From NCBI GenBank assembly GCA_001662655.1, contig KV460237.1: a stretch of 64,000 bases of DNA, one strand, 5' to 3'. Made by a program: the position numbers and the translations under genes. Numbering within the stretch: the first letter of the stretch is position 1; every line of letters begins with the position of its first letter. The stretch is from Pseudogymnoascus verrucosus (taxonomy: Eukaryota). A model generated the notes under the pieces. That model ran no database searches and had not been told where the DNA came from. It saw nothing but the letters and a program-made list of their open reading frames with translations. Of the stretch, positions 24,765 to 37,986 are shown piece by piece.

Positions 24765-27104
24765 CTAAACAACGCTAATAACCCCCTCCTCCGGCTCCAC
24801 CCCCAATCCCACATGCGTCCTCCACGCCCCCACCCTCCCGCTTCCCCTCCCCCGTCCCCCCAGACCAGCCATAACACTACTCCTCACCCCCTCCTTCTCC
24901 CTCGCCTCTCTCCTAACCTCCGCCTCCGCCGCCACCGCAGCAGCAGCAGCAGCCTCCCTCTCCCTCCTCCTCCTCCTCCTCTCCTCCCTCGCCACCCGTT
25001 CAGCTTCCTCCCTCCTCGCCCTCTCCTCCACAACCTCCCTCTTCCTCCTCCGACTTTCCTGCCTCATCTCCCTCTCCCTCGCCAGCGTAGCAGCTTGCGA
25101 GGACACCGCTGCATGCGCTGCTAACTGCGCTGCGGGTGTTGGTGGCGATGGTGCCGGTGCTGGTGCAGGCGGCGAATACGCGTCTCCGCGGGCAACGTAA
25201 ACATCCTGGTGCGGTAGGGGGACGGGTCGGCGATAGGTTTCATTCATGTGGTGGCCTGCTGCGTTGCCGACTCCGAAGCCAAAGTTCCAGTCCGCCACCG
25301 GCGGCGCGGGTGGGGGTGGTGCAGGTGGTGCGGCGGGGTCGATATCCAACCCCCTCATTCCCCTGACTAAATCGTCCTGATTCTGGCGACGGAGGCGCGG
25401 TGGGCGGGGTTGAGGAGGGGGTGGGAATGGGATGTGGATGACGCCGGGGTCGGGGAAGGCGCCGGGTGGTTGGGGAGGTGGGTGGGGCATAGGGATGCGC
25501 ATGTGCCCAAGCCGGTCGTTGTCGGCGATGTTGTCGTAGTTGAACCAGGGACAGGCGCAGGTTTTCCATTTGAGACCGCAGAGCATGCAGAATTCTGCTG
25601 TGCAGCGGCTGGGGGGGTGTTAGTGGGGGGACAACGGGGGGTGGGGATGGGGGTGGGTTAAAGAGAGTGGAGGGAGGGGGTAGATGAGAAAAAAAGAGGG
25701 GAGAGAGGAAATATGGGGAGAAAGTACCAAGTCATATGGTTACACCCCTCCTTCAACTCCACCATCGTCCGACAACTATAACACCTCTGCCACCCCGCCT
25801 CCTTCGCCGCCTCCAACAACCGATTCGTCTCCTCATCCCCCGCACACTCCCTCCTCCCATGCCACTTCCCACTACACTTCACACAAACCCTCGTCTTACA
25901 CCTCCCACACTTCCCATACCTCCCCCCCTTCCCATCATCATGATAATTCCCCGGCTTTATCCACTCCCCGCACCGCCGCGACGGGCAGTAAATCCGGTTC
26001 TTAGTAGTATACTCCTGGAACTTCCGGTTCCACAACTTCTTGAACGGGATGTCGAAGAGCTTGTCGACGTGTTTTAGGGGGATGCAGTCGGCGGTACAGC
26101 ATTTGGGTGGCATGTGTTGGGGGTCTGTGACGGAGAGTTTGAAGATTCGGCGCAGGCAGGAGTGGCACATGCGGTGGCCGCATTTGAGTTTGGCGGATTT
26201 GCGGCGCGGGATGTCGTCCGAGAGGCAGGTGAGGCATTCGACGCTGGGTGGGGGTGTTAGGTGGAGTTAGGGTGGGGGAGGGAGAGGGTTGAGGGGTTGA
26301 GGGGAGGGGGGCGTACAGTTTCACGGGCTCTTCTTCTTTGATGCCTGGTGTGAACATGTCGAGGAATATAGATCGTTTAGGGGTTTGTGGGGGCCCGGTG
26401 GACTCGTACGTCTTCTTCGGGAGATGGGTATTACTCGTAGTATGCGCTCTCTTGATGACGGGTCGAGTGTCGGGACGCGCGCTGGCGGAGGAGAAGCTCC
26501 TATTGCGATGATTAGCCAATGCTCACAAGCTGTTATCAAACAGTACTGTGACGCTTGATGCTTACCTTCGCAGAAAGTTCAACGGCTGACTCGAATCCTT
26601 ACGGTGGCTAGACGTCTTACTCCGACTCAACGACGCCGACGACCTATGCCGCGCCGTCCCATCTTCTTCCACCGGACGCCTGCGCCTCCGATGTCCCGAC
26701 GAGCGCCTCTCCCTCCCCTCACTCCCATCCCTCCTCTCCCCATCCCTCTCCTCCTCTACCGCCGACAACTCCTCCTCCCCACTACACGGCTCCCCCCTCA
26801 CCTCCTCCCTCCTCGGCGACCGGTGCTTTTCCCTAGCCTGCGGCGCATAAACGTATATATTCCTCCCTTCCCTCTCCCTCCCCTCCCTCCTCCTCCTCCT
26901 CTCCTCCTCCTCCCCCCTCACCCTCCTCCTATTCGGATTCGAATTTATCTTCTTCTTCTCCACCACATCAACACCAGACATGACTTTCATCTTCCTTACC
27001 CTCACCCCCCCTCCCTCTCCTTCCCCCTCCCCCCCTATATCCCCCCTTCGTCGCCTCACCCCCTCCTCCCCACCACCAGCATTCGCCATCATCATCTTCA
27101 TCAT
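24765..27104 (-). CDS. RBR (RING-IBR-RING) E3 ubiquitin ligase, multi-exon; start codon uncertain
   Basis: RING1 (C..C...CGHRMCHSC), IBR (YCPSRRCGEWI..CGRCKTRVCVKC..WH..EC) and RING2 (WQRCYSC..VELKEGCNHMTC/RCTAEFC, completed by splicing); low-complexity flanks. Confidence 0.87.
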
Positions 27105-28773
27105 CGTCGTCGTCGTCGCCAACCAGCCTCAGCCTGCCGTAGCTGCCAGCCTAGCCTAGCCCAATCGTGATCGCCTCACCTCTCGGGCAGCGCACCCATC
27201 GTTGGGCTCCGCGCGAGCAGATGAGTGGTGGAGTGCGTGGTGCGACGCCCCGAGAGTGTCAGCCCCGCAAGCGATTGGTGTGGCTGGATCTCAGGTGTGT
27301 GCGACGGCGCATGCGGGTGCGTGGTTTGGGGTTGCGCGGGGGCGTTGCGAGTTCGATTCGTTCGTTCGGCTGGTGCTCCTTCCTTCTGACACAGCCAGCC
27401 AGCCAGGTGTGTGTGTGAGTGAGTGTCGGGGGATTCGATTCGGGGTGTTGTGTTCGCTTTGGATGATGGGTGAGAGAGGTGGCCGTTAGATGCGACGGTC
27501 TTTATGGGAAGTATCGGTGTGATCGTAGGGTTTGCTTGAAGGGATTTCGAGGGCTGCTGAGCGGTGGGATGGTGTGAAGGAGCGTTGCAGCCTTGGGGAC
27601 GTTGATTCGTTGTTGCGGGGATGTTTGGGGTGGCGTTAGCGCTGTGATGGGGGGACGGACAGGGCGGGTGTGTGATGGGGCGGACGGCGGGTACAGAGTG
27701 AGATAGTGGAGGGATGATGGATGATGGATGGGTGGATAGCGGATAATGGAATTGGAAGCGCTGGGGGGGATAAGGTTGATTGATGAGGATAAAGATTGTT
27801 TGTTTTTAAGCGCCTGAGGCGAGAGAAACAGGAGGATATTCTGTATTTCTATATGTCTAGTATATTTCTTTTCTTATTCATCGTCGTGCATTATTGGTGG
27901 CGATGGATGAGAATAGAAGGAGTGACTTCTTGTGGCGATGGCGACAATCCCCAGCCTCGTCGCCGTCGTACCAAGCGCGTGCTCCCTTCCCTTCCCCTCC
28001 GTCAGCGTCCGTCCCGTCCCGTCCACTACCAGTGCGCTGTCTCACTCCGCAATGAGGAGATGTCTCACAAATGAGGCTGTCGATTGAGAATCGACGGATT
28101 CTAGATTGCATATCCCATCAACCATTAGATTAATATATCATCGATGTTGCAGTATTACAGGTCGTATTATCATTCACCATTCACCATCCACCATTCACCA
28201 TTCACACAGGCCTATGGTGGGTGAATAACGAATTCACTCCCACCATTCACCATCCACCATCACCTCACAAAGAAAACACCCATCATGCATTCATTATCCT
28301 CAAATTCCACCTATCTAGTAGCTACGATACTACTACACCACACCCCCCCCATCTTCGGCTCTCATCCCACTAGCCATCAATATACTATCCCATCACATCC
28401 CGCCTCCCCTAGAACGCAAATATCATCTCCTCCCCCAACCCCCCCCCCCCAAGCATCATAGCCCTACCACCATAACCCCCTCGTAAAAAAACCCACAACA
28501 ACGCCCCCCCACCTCCCAAATCCACAAAGATAGCTCCAGCACTGCACGCACCCTCGCAGCCATATTCTATGATACAAAAAGCGCCTCATACCATCCATCC
28601 CTATTCCCGGCCATGCTCATTGCTTTGCTTTGCTTCCCCCCCAACATCGTTCGTTAAAGTAATATTCCGTGTTTTGGTATTTGGGTATCGAAATTCTCTC
28701 ATCTCCCCCCAAGCAGAAGAAAGCCCCATTTGCATCATCGTAGTTTTTCAACAACAAACATCAACCATCACCA

Positions 28774-31557
28774 TCAACTCCCATCATCCGCCCCGGCCCC
28801 TCCCTCCCCACCACTCTTAATCGCCGGCGCGAGACTAATCGAGATTTTCTTCCCCCCACCTCCCCCTCCTCCTCCTCCGCCGCCTCCGCCCCCACCACCA
28901 TCACGCGAGCTATTAAAGCTCTTCTTCCTCCTCAACATCGGCGCCGACCCATTCGACCCAACACTAACAACCGAACTCGACGAATTCCGCCTCTTACTCT
29001 GCTGACTCGCCAACTTCGTCAACTCATCCTCCTCATCCTCCTCCCTCCGTCTCTTCTCAGACACCCGCTCCGGCGGCGGCGGCGACGCCGATTTGCGCTC
29101 TCCTTCCTTCTCCGCGGCGGGCGGCGGCGACCCAGCTTCGCGCGAGGGTAGGACCCCAGCTAGTTCCGCATCAGTCATATCCGGTTCCTCGTCCGACGCA
29201 TAGTCGACGAGCGGTTTCGCGAGGGGCGACGCGCCATTGACCGATGCGCCGGGTGGGGACTTCGCGCCCGCGAGCTCGTCCTCGTCGTCCGAGGTGTTAA
29301 AGTACTGCTCCTCCGCGGCGTCGAGGTCGCGCACGCCCTGCCAGCGACGACCGCCACCTGGCTGCGAGCGTCCGGGTCCTTCATCCTCGGTATCGAGGAA
29401 GGAGGCGTCCATGTTACTCGCGTACCCCTGGGAGGCGTGATCGAAGCGCGAGATGAGCGCCGTGAAGGTGTCGACGTAGGTGATATCCTGGATCTTGTCG
29501 CGGTAGCGCTCGACGAGGTGGCTGACCATGATGGGGACGCCGTGGTTGCGGATGTACTCGAAGAAGTCGAGGCAGGCCGAGTTGAGGAGGTTGTTGCGCG
29601 GCATCGTGTCGAGGAGGGTGTTGAGGATTGGCTCGAGGAGGTGTTCTTGGATCATTTGCTGGTTGTAGAACTCGTCGTTTAGGCCGAGGAGGTTGCGGAA
29701 GAACTTCAGCGCGGCTGGGGGTGTGGTTAGTTATGTATTTATAACGAATGAGAAGAGTAGAACTTACTAAGCTTCAAATGCTTCTCTGGGCAGCTCAGGA
29801 GTTGAGCAATGCGCTGACCCAGGCTTTCTGCGAGGACGAAGTACTTGCTGCGGTGCTGATGTTGGCGGATGAAGAACCAGAGAATCTCAATCAGATGCTC
29901 GAATAAAGACACCTGCTGCACATTGAATGCCAGGTTCTCCTTATCCTTTAACTCCACCAGAGGGCTGAACAGCCTCTTCGCCGACTCCTCGTAGAACTTC
30001 ACCAGGAACCCCTCCTGTTGCGGGTCGACCTGTGGCCGACCCCTCCCGCCAAACTCCATGCCGAGCTTACCCATACCCTCCTGCGGCCCCTGCTGCGACC
30101 CGGGATCGAGGAGAACCTTGATCGCGTCGGCGATCTGCGCCTTGACGCCTAAATCAACCTCCACCAAGAGCAGATCGATGAGAGAGTCCGTCAGAGGCCT
30201 CTGCTTCTCGCTGATCTGTCGAAAGATCGTCTGCCTTATCATCTGCGGGTCGTGATCGATCACCGAGACCAGCACATCTGTTGCGCCGACACGGACTGCC
30301 ACGTCGCTATGGGCCAGGGCGTAGTTGATGACTGCAAGCAGGCCGTGGCTCAGGAAGTTATTATATAATGAGTTCCGTGCAGGAGGCTGGAAGTTCTTCG
30401 CGATCGCGCAGCACTGCTGGATGAACAGGACCGCATCCTTCTTGCGCTTCTCGTCCTTCTCCTCCGGCCCGAAAATGGCGAATAGATCGTTGAGGAATTG
30501 GGGGTTTCCCTGGATGTGTTGGATTATGTCGACCTGATAGTAGAAGATCAATGAGTTAAGTATGGAAAACGTCGGGTCGTCCAAAACCCTAGCTAGAGCC
30601 ACATCTTTTAGATATTGTAGTCGATATGTGTGGTGAATCTTCCTCCGGACCTGGTCATCGTCGATGCGAACAACCTCCTTGTATCGCGATTCATCGCCCA
30701 ACCACTGTCTATGGTTCGCCTTGTGACTCGGGAAGTCAGGATCGTATTCCAAAGCCCCCATCACTCCCAAAAAGACCTCGTCCGTCATGGCATACTCGAT
30801 GATATCGTTGTCGTTGAGAAGGATCAGCATCTTCACAATGTTGCACAGGCGATGCAGTTCAGGGAGGCGCTGTGCTGCCTCAGCCTCCTCGACCAGTGGC
30901 ACGAGCTTTGGGATGTATTCATCGTGGATGACAAACTTTGCCAGTGCATCGCGTCCCGCCTGGGTGTTATTCAGATGGCGCATCTCCAATTCAACCTCCT
31001 TCAAGTTGTTGATGTTTGGCACGGGCAGGTTCACCGGCGCGGCCTCGGGCGCCATGTCCTCAGATAACGCGTCGTCCGGCCCGCCATTGACCACCATCTG
31101 CTGCTGCACCATATTGATGAACTTCCAGATCGCCGTGCACCCATCCGACTCCTGGAAACTCAGCGCCATATCAACCCCATTCACCGGCTCCGTCCATATT
31201 ATCAGCGTCTCCTGCTGTTTCGCGAACCCGCCCTGCCGCGAGATCTGCGTCTCGAGAAGCAGCCTCTCCGGCCCTTCCTCAGCCTCAACAATTATACGCG
31301 GCTCGCCATCGGCATGGTCCCATGTGCTCTACACGCGGCGCAAACCAGGTCAGTAAATGCGCGAAAATCGCAAACGCGCGGCGCACGCCACCACCAAACA
31401 AGCGGGCAGCGACGCGCACGTGTCGCCGGGGAGGGTAGAATCAACTCACCGACGCGATCGCGAAGCCCGTGCCGCGGTCAAACCAGTCATTGTTGCGCAA
31501 CTCGTAGACCTTGACCCTCTTCCTCCCACTCGGCGGATTAGGCACCGCTTGTGCCAT
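28774..31557 (-). CDS. PSY2: Protein phosphatase 4 regulatory subunit 3 (Psy2/SMK-1)
   Basis: N-terminal RKRVKVYELRNNDWFDRGTGF (EVH1-like), ALSFQESDGC, GALEYDPDFP and IHHTYRLQYLKDVAL (SMK-1 domain), NNLLNSACLDFFEYIR; introns ~31329-31449 and ~29715-29767. Confidence 0.93.
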
Positions 31558-32750
31558 GATCAGAGGTTGTGGTTCGCCCTCTGCGGTGTCGGGCAGGTAG
31601 CTCAGGATGCTGGAGGAGAGATCGAGGTGTTGCTGAAGAGAGAGCTGATCGGACGAGAGCAGCGTTAACGACGCCACGGTGATGCCTCGGCGATCCGCGG
31701 GACTGTGCCAGGAAGGTTCGTTGGGCTTCGGGTTGTCGCGGGGGGGTTCGTGTCGGGGGGTTGGGGTGTGGCGAGTTTAGGCAGGGTACGAGGTGCGATG
31801 GAGGTGAGACATGCGCAGTGATCGCGGGTATCGTGAAGATTAAATGAGACTGTTGTCGATGGGGGTTGAGGTTAGTATTGAGGTTGTTGTCGCGGCTAGG
31901 AGGAGGTGGGTTTTAGTTTGGGGGGGTTTGTGGCGAAGGGCGGCGTTCGCATGGCGTGTTTGCAAGGAGCGAGCGAGGCGGACCGAAAGTTGCGGCTAAC
32001 GCTTCGCTAGACTAACTAAACTAAAATAAGGTTGGGAAGCGCGCTTACGGGTTTTTGGTTGGTTGTTGGTTGTTACAGTGGTACGTTGTCACCTAATAAT
32101 CCAGGTACATAAGAGATGAGGGACTGACTCGAATAAACGCGCGGGGAAGGGGTATATTGTTTGTTTATTCTATTTATTTATAGGCATATTACTATATCAA
32201 CAGGCCATATTCTCAAAAACATCACTATATGGAAGACGCGGGGATAAACCGGCCGCTTAGCGTCTATCTTGGCTACGTGGAGCAGGCTTGTGGCTCGTTC
32301 TGTGATGGTTGCTGGAAAAGTTCTGCAAGCCACCACCAAGACCAAGAAGGCATTCAGCCGGCAGGGGTCTGTAGTCTGCATGTCTGCATATCCAGCCGGT
32401 ACCGGTGACTTTCCCGTGTTCTACAACACGCTGCATATCTCGGTACTCGGTACTCAGTATTATCATCCTTCGCGTCCATCGCACGCGCATCTATCCCACG
32501 GCACTCCCGTCGCTGCCCCGCACTTTGACAGATGTTGGCATCTGTCTAAGTTCTCCGGGGATTACTTCAGAGTTCATCATGCCAGATTACGCATCTGTTG
32601 GCGCGTGAGCGTAAGGGATGGTGGCGCTAGTGATGACGGCGGCCGATGTGATTTCGGCTGCTCGTACGTATTGCACGAGGTGGATGTTGGCAGTCCGAAT
32701 TATAGACCAACTGTCGTCTGTGAAGGCAATCACGATCCAACCCAGAGTCC

Positions 32751-35700
32751 TTAAACCTGACTCTCATCCCCCTTCCCACTCGAATCATCCACACCCCTTC
32801 CGGCCCGGGAGTGCTCCAGCTTCAACTCCAGTAACTCCACGATCGCCTCGTGTCCCTTCCCCTCCGCCATCCCCAGTGCTGTTGCGCCGGAGTCGCTCTT
32901 CGCCGCAGGGTCAACATCCTTCCGATCCAAAAGCATACCCACAATCGTTTTGTATCCTCCGACTGCCGCCCACATCAGCGGCGTCTGGCCGTGAACATCC
33001 TTTGCGTCAGCTTCAATATCCTCTCGCTGCAAGAGTAGTCCCACAACTGCTTCATACCCTTTCAGTGCTGCCCACGAAAGTGATGACTGACCCCCTACCT
33101 TCTCCTTTACGTTAATGTTAACATCCTCGTGTTCTAAGAGTAGTGCCGTAATTTTCTCGTGCCCTGCCCGTGCTGCCCACAAGAGCGGCGTATGGCCGTC
33201 ATTGTCCTTTGAGTTAACATCGATGTCGTGTCGTTTGACGAGTAGCTCGACAACTGATTCGTTTCTCCCTAACGACCCCGAGAGTATTCCCCCACCTCGC
33301 GCTGCCCACGAAAGCGGTGTTTGGCCCCCTTCGTCCTTGATTTCGGCTTTAACACTCTTTCGTTCTAAGAGTAGTTTTGCAATCACTACATGCCCTCCCT
33401 GTGCTGCCCACGACAGGGGTGTCAGGCCATACTTGTCTTTCATGTCGGCTTCAACACCCTTTCGTCCCAAGAGTAGTTTCACAGTCGCTACATGCCCTAG
33501 CCGTGCTGCCCACAAGAGGGGTGTCTGACCATATCCGTCTTTCATGTCGGCTTCAACACCCCTTCGTTCCAAGAGTAGTTTCACAATCGCTCCATGCCCT
33601 ACCCGTGCTGCCCACAGGAGGGGTGTCTGGCCAAATACGTCTTTCATTTCGACTTCAACACCGTTACGTTCTAAGAGTAGTTTCACAATCGCTCCATGCC
33701 CTTCCCGTGCTGCCGACGAGAGAGCTGTCAGACCTTGTACATCCGTTACGTTGAATCTAACTGACCTATTCTTCCGTTGCATTGCGGCCGAGAGCTGCGC
33801 CTAGCTGTCCTCGTCCTTTGGGTAGTAATCATTCGTTAAGGCTGCTTTCTGCCCGATAAGTAGTTCCACGATCACCCTGCGCTTTGTCTTCGTCGCCCAC
33901 CACAGCGCCGTCTGGCCTAGGTTGTTCTTCGTCTCAGGGTTAACGTCCTCCCGCTCTAAGAGTAATTTCACAATTGTCTCGTATCCCAGCTCTGCCGCCC
34001 ACATTAGCGGTGTCTGACCCTCAGAATCTTTTGTGTTGGCTTCAACATCCTTTCGCTCTAAGAGTAGCTTCACAATCTCTTCATATCCTTCCACTGTTGC
34101 CCACGAGAGCGCTGTGTAGCCGTTTATATCCTTGGAGTTAATGTTGACGTCGTGTCGTCCTAGAAGCAGCTTCATAACAGATATGTTTCTGAGCCGCGCT
34201 GCATACAACAAGGGCGTCTGACCATTCAAGTCTTTCGAGTCAGCTGCGACATCTTCCCGGTCTATAAGCACCTTCATAGTTTCTTCATTCCGTGCTCGTG
34301 CAGCCCACCAGAATGGCGTACGATTACTATTGTCCTTGGAATCAGCATTGACGTCCGCCCGCTCTACAAGTAGTTTCACGGTTGCTTCGTTCCCTCCTTC
34401 TGCCGCACACGACAGTGGCGTCCGGCCGTGAAAGTTCCCCACGTCGACTTCAGCTACAACATCCTCATTCTCAAGGAGCAGCCTCACAATAGCTTCATGC
34501 CCTAGTTGTGCCGCCCTCGATAGCGGCGTTTGATCATGTGGGTCCGCTAAGTTGACGTTGGCTTTAACATCATCATGCTCTAGGAGCAGCTTTACTATAT
34601 TTTCGCGCCCCAATCGTGCCGCCCAAATTAGTGGCGTATTACCATGAATATCCATCGCGTTAAAGTCGATATCCTCCCGCCCTAGGAACATTTTCACAGT
34701 CGATTCGGCCCCTCCTTGTACCGCCCATAAGAATGGAGTTATTCCTTCCCTGTCCCCGATGTCAATTTCGGCGCCCTCCAGCTTCATGAGCAGTTCCGCT
34801 ACCGCCCTATGCCCTCTATCTGAGGCCCACGACAGCGGCGTCCGACCACGCTTATCCTTAGTATTGGTGTCAACTCCATCCAGCCCCAGAAGCAATTTCA
34901 CAGCTGCTTCATGCCCCCCACGCGCTGCCCATAACAACGGCGTCCGACCGTAAAGGTCCTTCGAGTTGATGTCTGCGTCCCGCTCCAGTAGTAACTCTAT
35001 TATCGCCGTGTGCCCCTCAGATGCTGCCCATGTAAGCGGCTTCCGGCCATGCCTATCCATTGCGTCGGCCGCCATGCCACCAACCCCATCTGACCCCGAC
35101 AAAAGTCCTGCTAGCAAGTACTGCAATCCGAACTTCGCTGATAGATGTACCCCCGTTGCATATTTCGGGAAGGATTGGCCATAGTTAGTGAATGTATATA
35201 CAGCTATCGACATGGTCTGGACAGCACAGGAAACCAGTTTGTTGTCCCGTAGGAAGGCAAGCGCTATCTCGGACACCTGCTCTTGTACCGTCTGTGCATG
35301 GTGGCCCCAGTATCGAGAGGCGTAATCGAGGAATGTGTAGTGCGCAATTCTTTCCTCATACTCTTTGTCCTCCTCACAGCTGCCGCTCTTAAACGGGCCA
35401 AAAGAAAGGTAGGTAAGGCATGTCGTTGTAATCTCTTGTTGAGCTGTCGGGTTCCAAGCCTCTCTGTTCTGTAAAAAGTATTCCTGGGTGGTGTAATGGA
35501 CGAGGCGAACTATGTTGCTCTCTTCATCAACTGTGACGAGACCAGCGCAGACAGAGACGATGTCTTCAACATCTAGAATGTTGTCCTCGTCGAGGTCGGT
35601 ATCATCGGGATCGACTGCCAGAGCATGGCATAGCTCCGCCGTAGTCAGGGGCCGCTGCGCATACGTGATCCAAGAAAGAACCGTCTTGGCCAGCTTGCTG

Positions 35701-37343
35701 TCATCGGGCAACTGAGCCTCTATCCTCTTTATTGCGTCGTCGTAGGCCTCCTCTAGCGCTTCCGCGCCCCTAGGAAGCATGCCCAACATAGACTGAACCT
35801 TGGCTTTGGTCCGCTTGTCCCGAAGCGAGTCTACATGGAGACGCGCAAGGAGGAACCTAAACAATTTATGAGCTGATAGGACTTTGAAACCGGGCGGGAA
35901 CCACTAACATGCCATCCACTGCCTCACCGATCTTATCTTCAACGTCTCCCTGTAGCTTCTCGTCGCGTTGCACACATTTAGGGAGCCGGTGAATCTGGCC
36001 TCTAACGTACCGCTTCACATCCGCAGGACTGGCCCGAATCTCCAGCGTCAGCGAAGACTTGAACTGGCTCATGATATCGGGGTTAGCGCGCGAGGTAAAC
36101 ATCAGTCGCACATCAAAGTCCTGTTGTAAATCGCGTAGCCTGCCCAAAAACTGACTGCGAGTGCCATCTCGATCAGCGCACTCGTCGAGAGCATCAATAA
36201 CAACATACACGGTCCAGAAACTCATCATCGTGGTTTTGAGTGTGGCAAAGATCTCCTCGAGTGAGGGTCTCGTTCCCTGGTCGTAGTGGCGCTCGTAAAG
36301 TGTGTTTGCTGCCTTTGCGGCAGAGGGCTTTGCTTGCACCAGCTGCTTGAGAATGGCTGATAGTAGAGTAGTTGTGTTCTGCTCTGACTGAGTTTTGTAG
36401 TTGCAGAATATCTGCGCCACTCCATGGAGGCCACTGTGGAGCGTATTTCCCATCTTAACTGCAAGGAGGTCGCCGAGAGCCCTGTCTGCCACCTTACGGA
36501 GGTGATCCACGGTAATTGCTGACACCATAGTCTTTCCAGCTCCAGGGATTCCAGGGCAAAACAAAGTCCGACTCGGTTCGTCAAGCCACTTGTTGAACTC
36601 GGGGGAGTCAAGAAACCATTGGCCGGTTCCAGGCTCCCTCCTGGATATAAAATCAGACTGTTGAGATGAGTAATTGGCCGATGATATCCACTCCACGAGC
36701 ACCTGGTTCTTCTTTCTGCCTTGCTCTTGCTGAACCGCATCAACACTCTCCTGAACCGCACCAACACTATCTTGTATTGCAGGTATTTGGGACCGGACAA
36801 CGGCCAGGTCAATTTTTATCTCTTCACTGTTGTCATAAATCCCGTCCAAGCCAGATTTAATTGCTTGAGATAGTTTTCTGGGAGAGTAAGTAGTCTCATC
36901 TAAACCATCTCTCACATAACTCACAAGTGGTCCATCTGTAGAGCAATCTGAATCAGGCTCTTCAACCGTTCAATCCTCAATAATATACCCGCAACCTCCT
37001 CTTCAGTAAATCTCCACCAAAGTGCATTCCCAATCTTCACCAGCCCCTTGCCGCTCACGATCTTCAGCTGCAGCTTCTCCAGCGCATGTCTGTACTGATC
37101 CAAAGGCCCATCCCGCACAGCGAGCAACGTGACTTGGCTCGTCCATGCGTCATTTGATTTCTCACAAATTTCTTCCTCTATCTGGTATCTCAAATTAAGG
37201 AGAAGGCTTGAGAGGCTTGAAGCCTCCATCGCAAAGCGCGCACGATCTTTGGGGGCGTCTTTGACATCGTTGGCGTAGTTTACCAACGTAGCTGTGACCT
37301 GCAGGATGGCAATAATGCTCGCCGTGATGCTGAGGGGATCCAT
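32751..37343 (-). CDS. Fungal NLR: HeLo-like/SesA N-terminus, NACHT, winged-helix and ankyrin repeats; in-frame TAG at 33801-33803 separates the last ~340 aa of ankyrins
   Basis: MDPLSITASIIAILQ N-terminus; Walker A GIPGAGKT; Walker B VVIDALDEC; MFLLARLH and VRLVHYTTQEYF; more than 20 GxTPLxWAA repeats; introns ~36878-36924 and ~35857-35908. Confidence 0.9.
33290..33730. repeat. Near-identical 102-bp ankyrin-coding tandem repeats (about 4 units)
   Basis: AAGAGTAGTT recurs at 33367, 33469, 33571 and 33673 (period 102) with highly similar intervening DNA. Confidence 0.9.
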
Positions 37344-37986
37344 CGGAGAGGTTCTTCATATACCTTCATATACAGCGACAGCGCAGAATAAGAAACAAAG
37401 GGGGCATGATAGATAGAAAGGAAGTTACATGGCTCGATCTCGACGTGTCAACCATCGAGGCTGAGCATCCTGCGGCCCTAACTTACTGTGCTGCATATAG
37501 AGTTTCCCTGCATATACATGTGCGAAGCCTCTCAAAATCTTCTCCTGCTGACATAATGGAAATATAATTTCAAAAACCCATCACTATATCAATATTCTCA
37601 TGCCACTGAAGCTTGAAAGCATTTTTCGATTACCATTTACACATGTTAAGGGTCCAAATCCCACTCCTACTTTGACAAGCCACCGCCAAGACAAGGCTAC
37701 TGAACAAGGCTACCACCCGTCCCCGTCCCACCCGTCGCCGCAGCGAATCACCCTCCCCAGCTCTAATTGACACGTTCCGCGCCGCGCAACGATCGTCCGC
37801 ACTCCTCAAACCCCCATCTCCACCACCACCTCACCACCTCCCTCCCTCCCATCTCCCATAGATGGAGAAGCTTCGCGCGCCTTCCTCCCATCATTTGCCC
37901 CATCCCCGGCAGCTCGCGGCCGTTGAACGACTGCGCAATTGCCCGCTGAACTAAGTGCTGCCGCATACGAGGTCTCATAAGGAGCT

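Noticed and set aside
25715..25745. Apparent loss of a RING2 cysteine (GCNHMTWYF) in the RBR ligase
   Set aside because: An intron starts inside that codon; splicing restores GCNHMTCRC.
28850..28900. Poly-Gly-coding tract in the PSY2 C-terminus
   Set aside because: Ordinary low-complexity disordered tail, similar to other G/C-run regions here.
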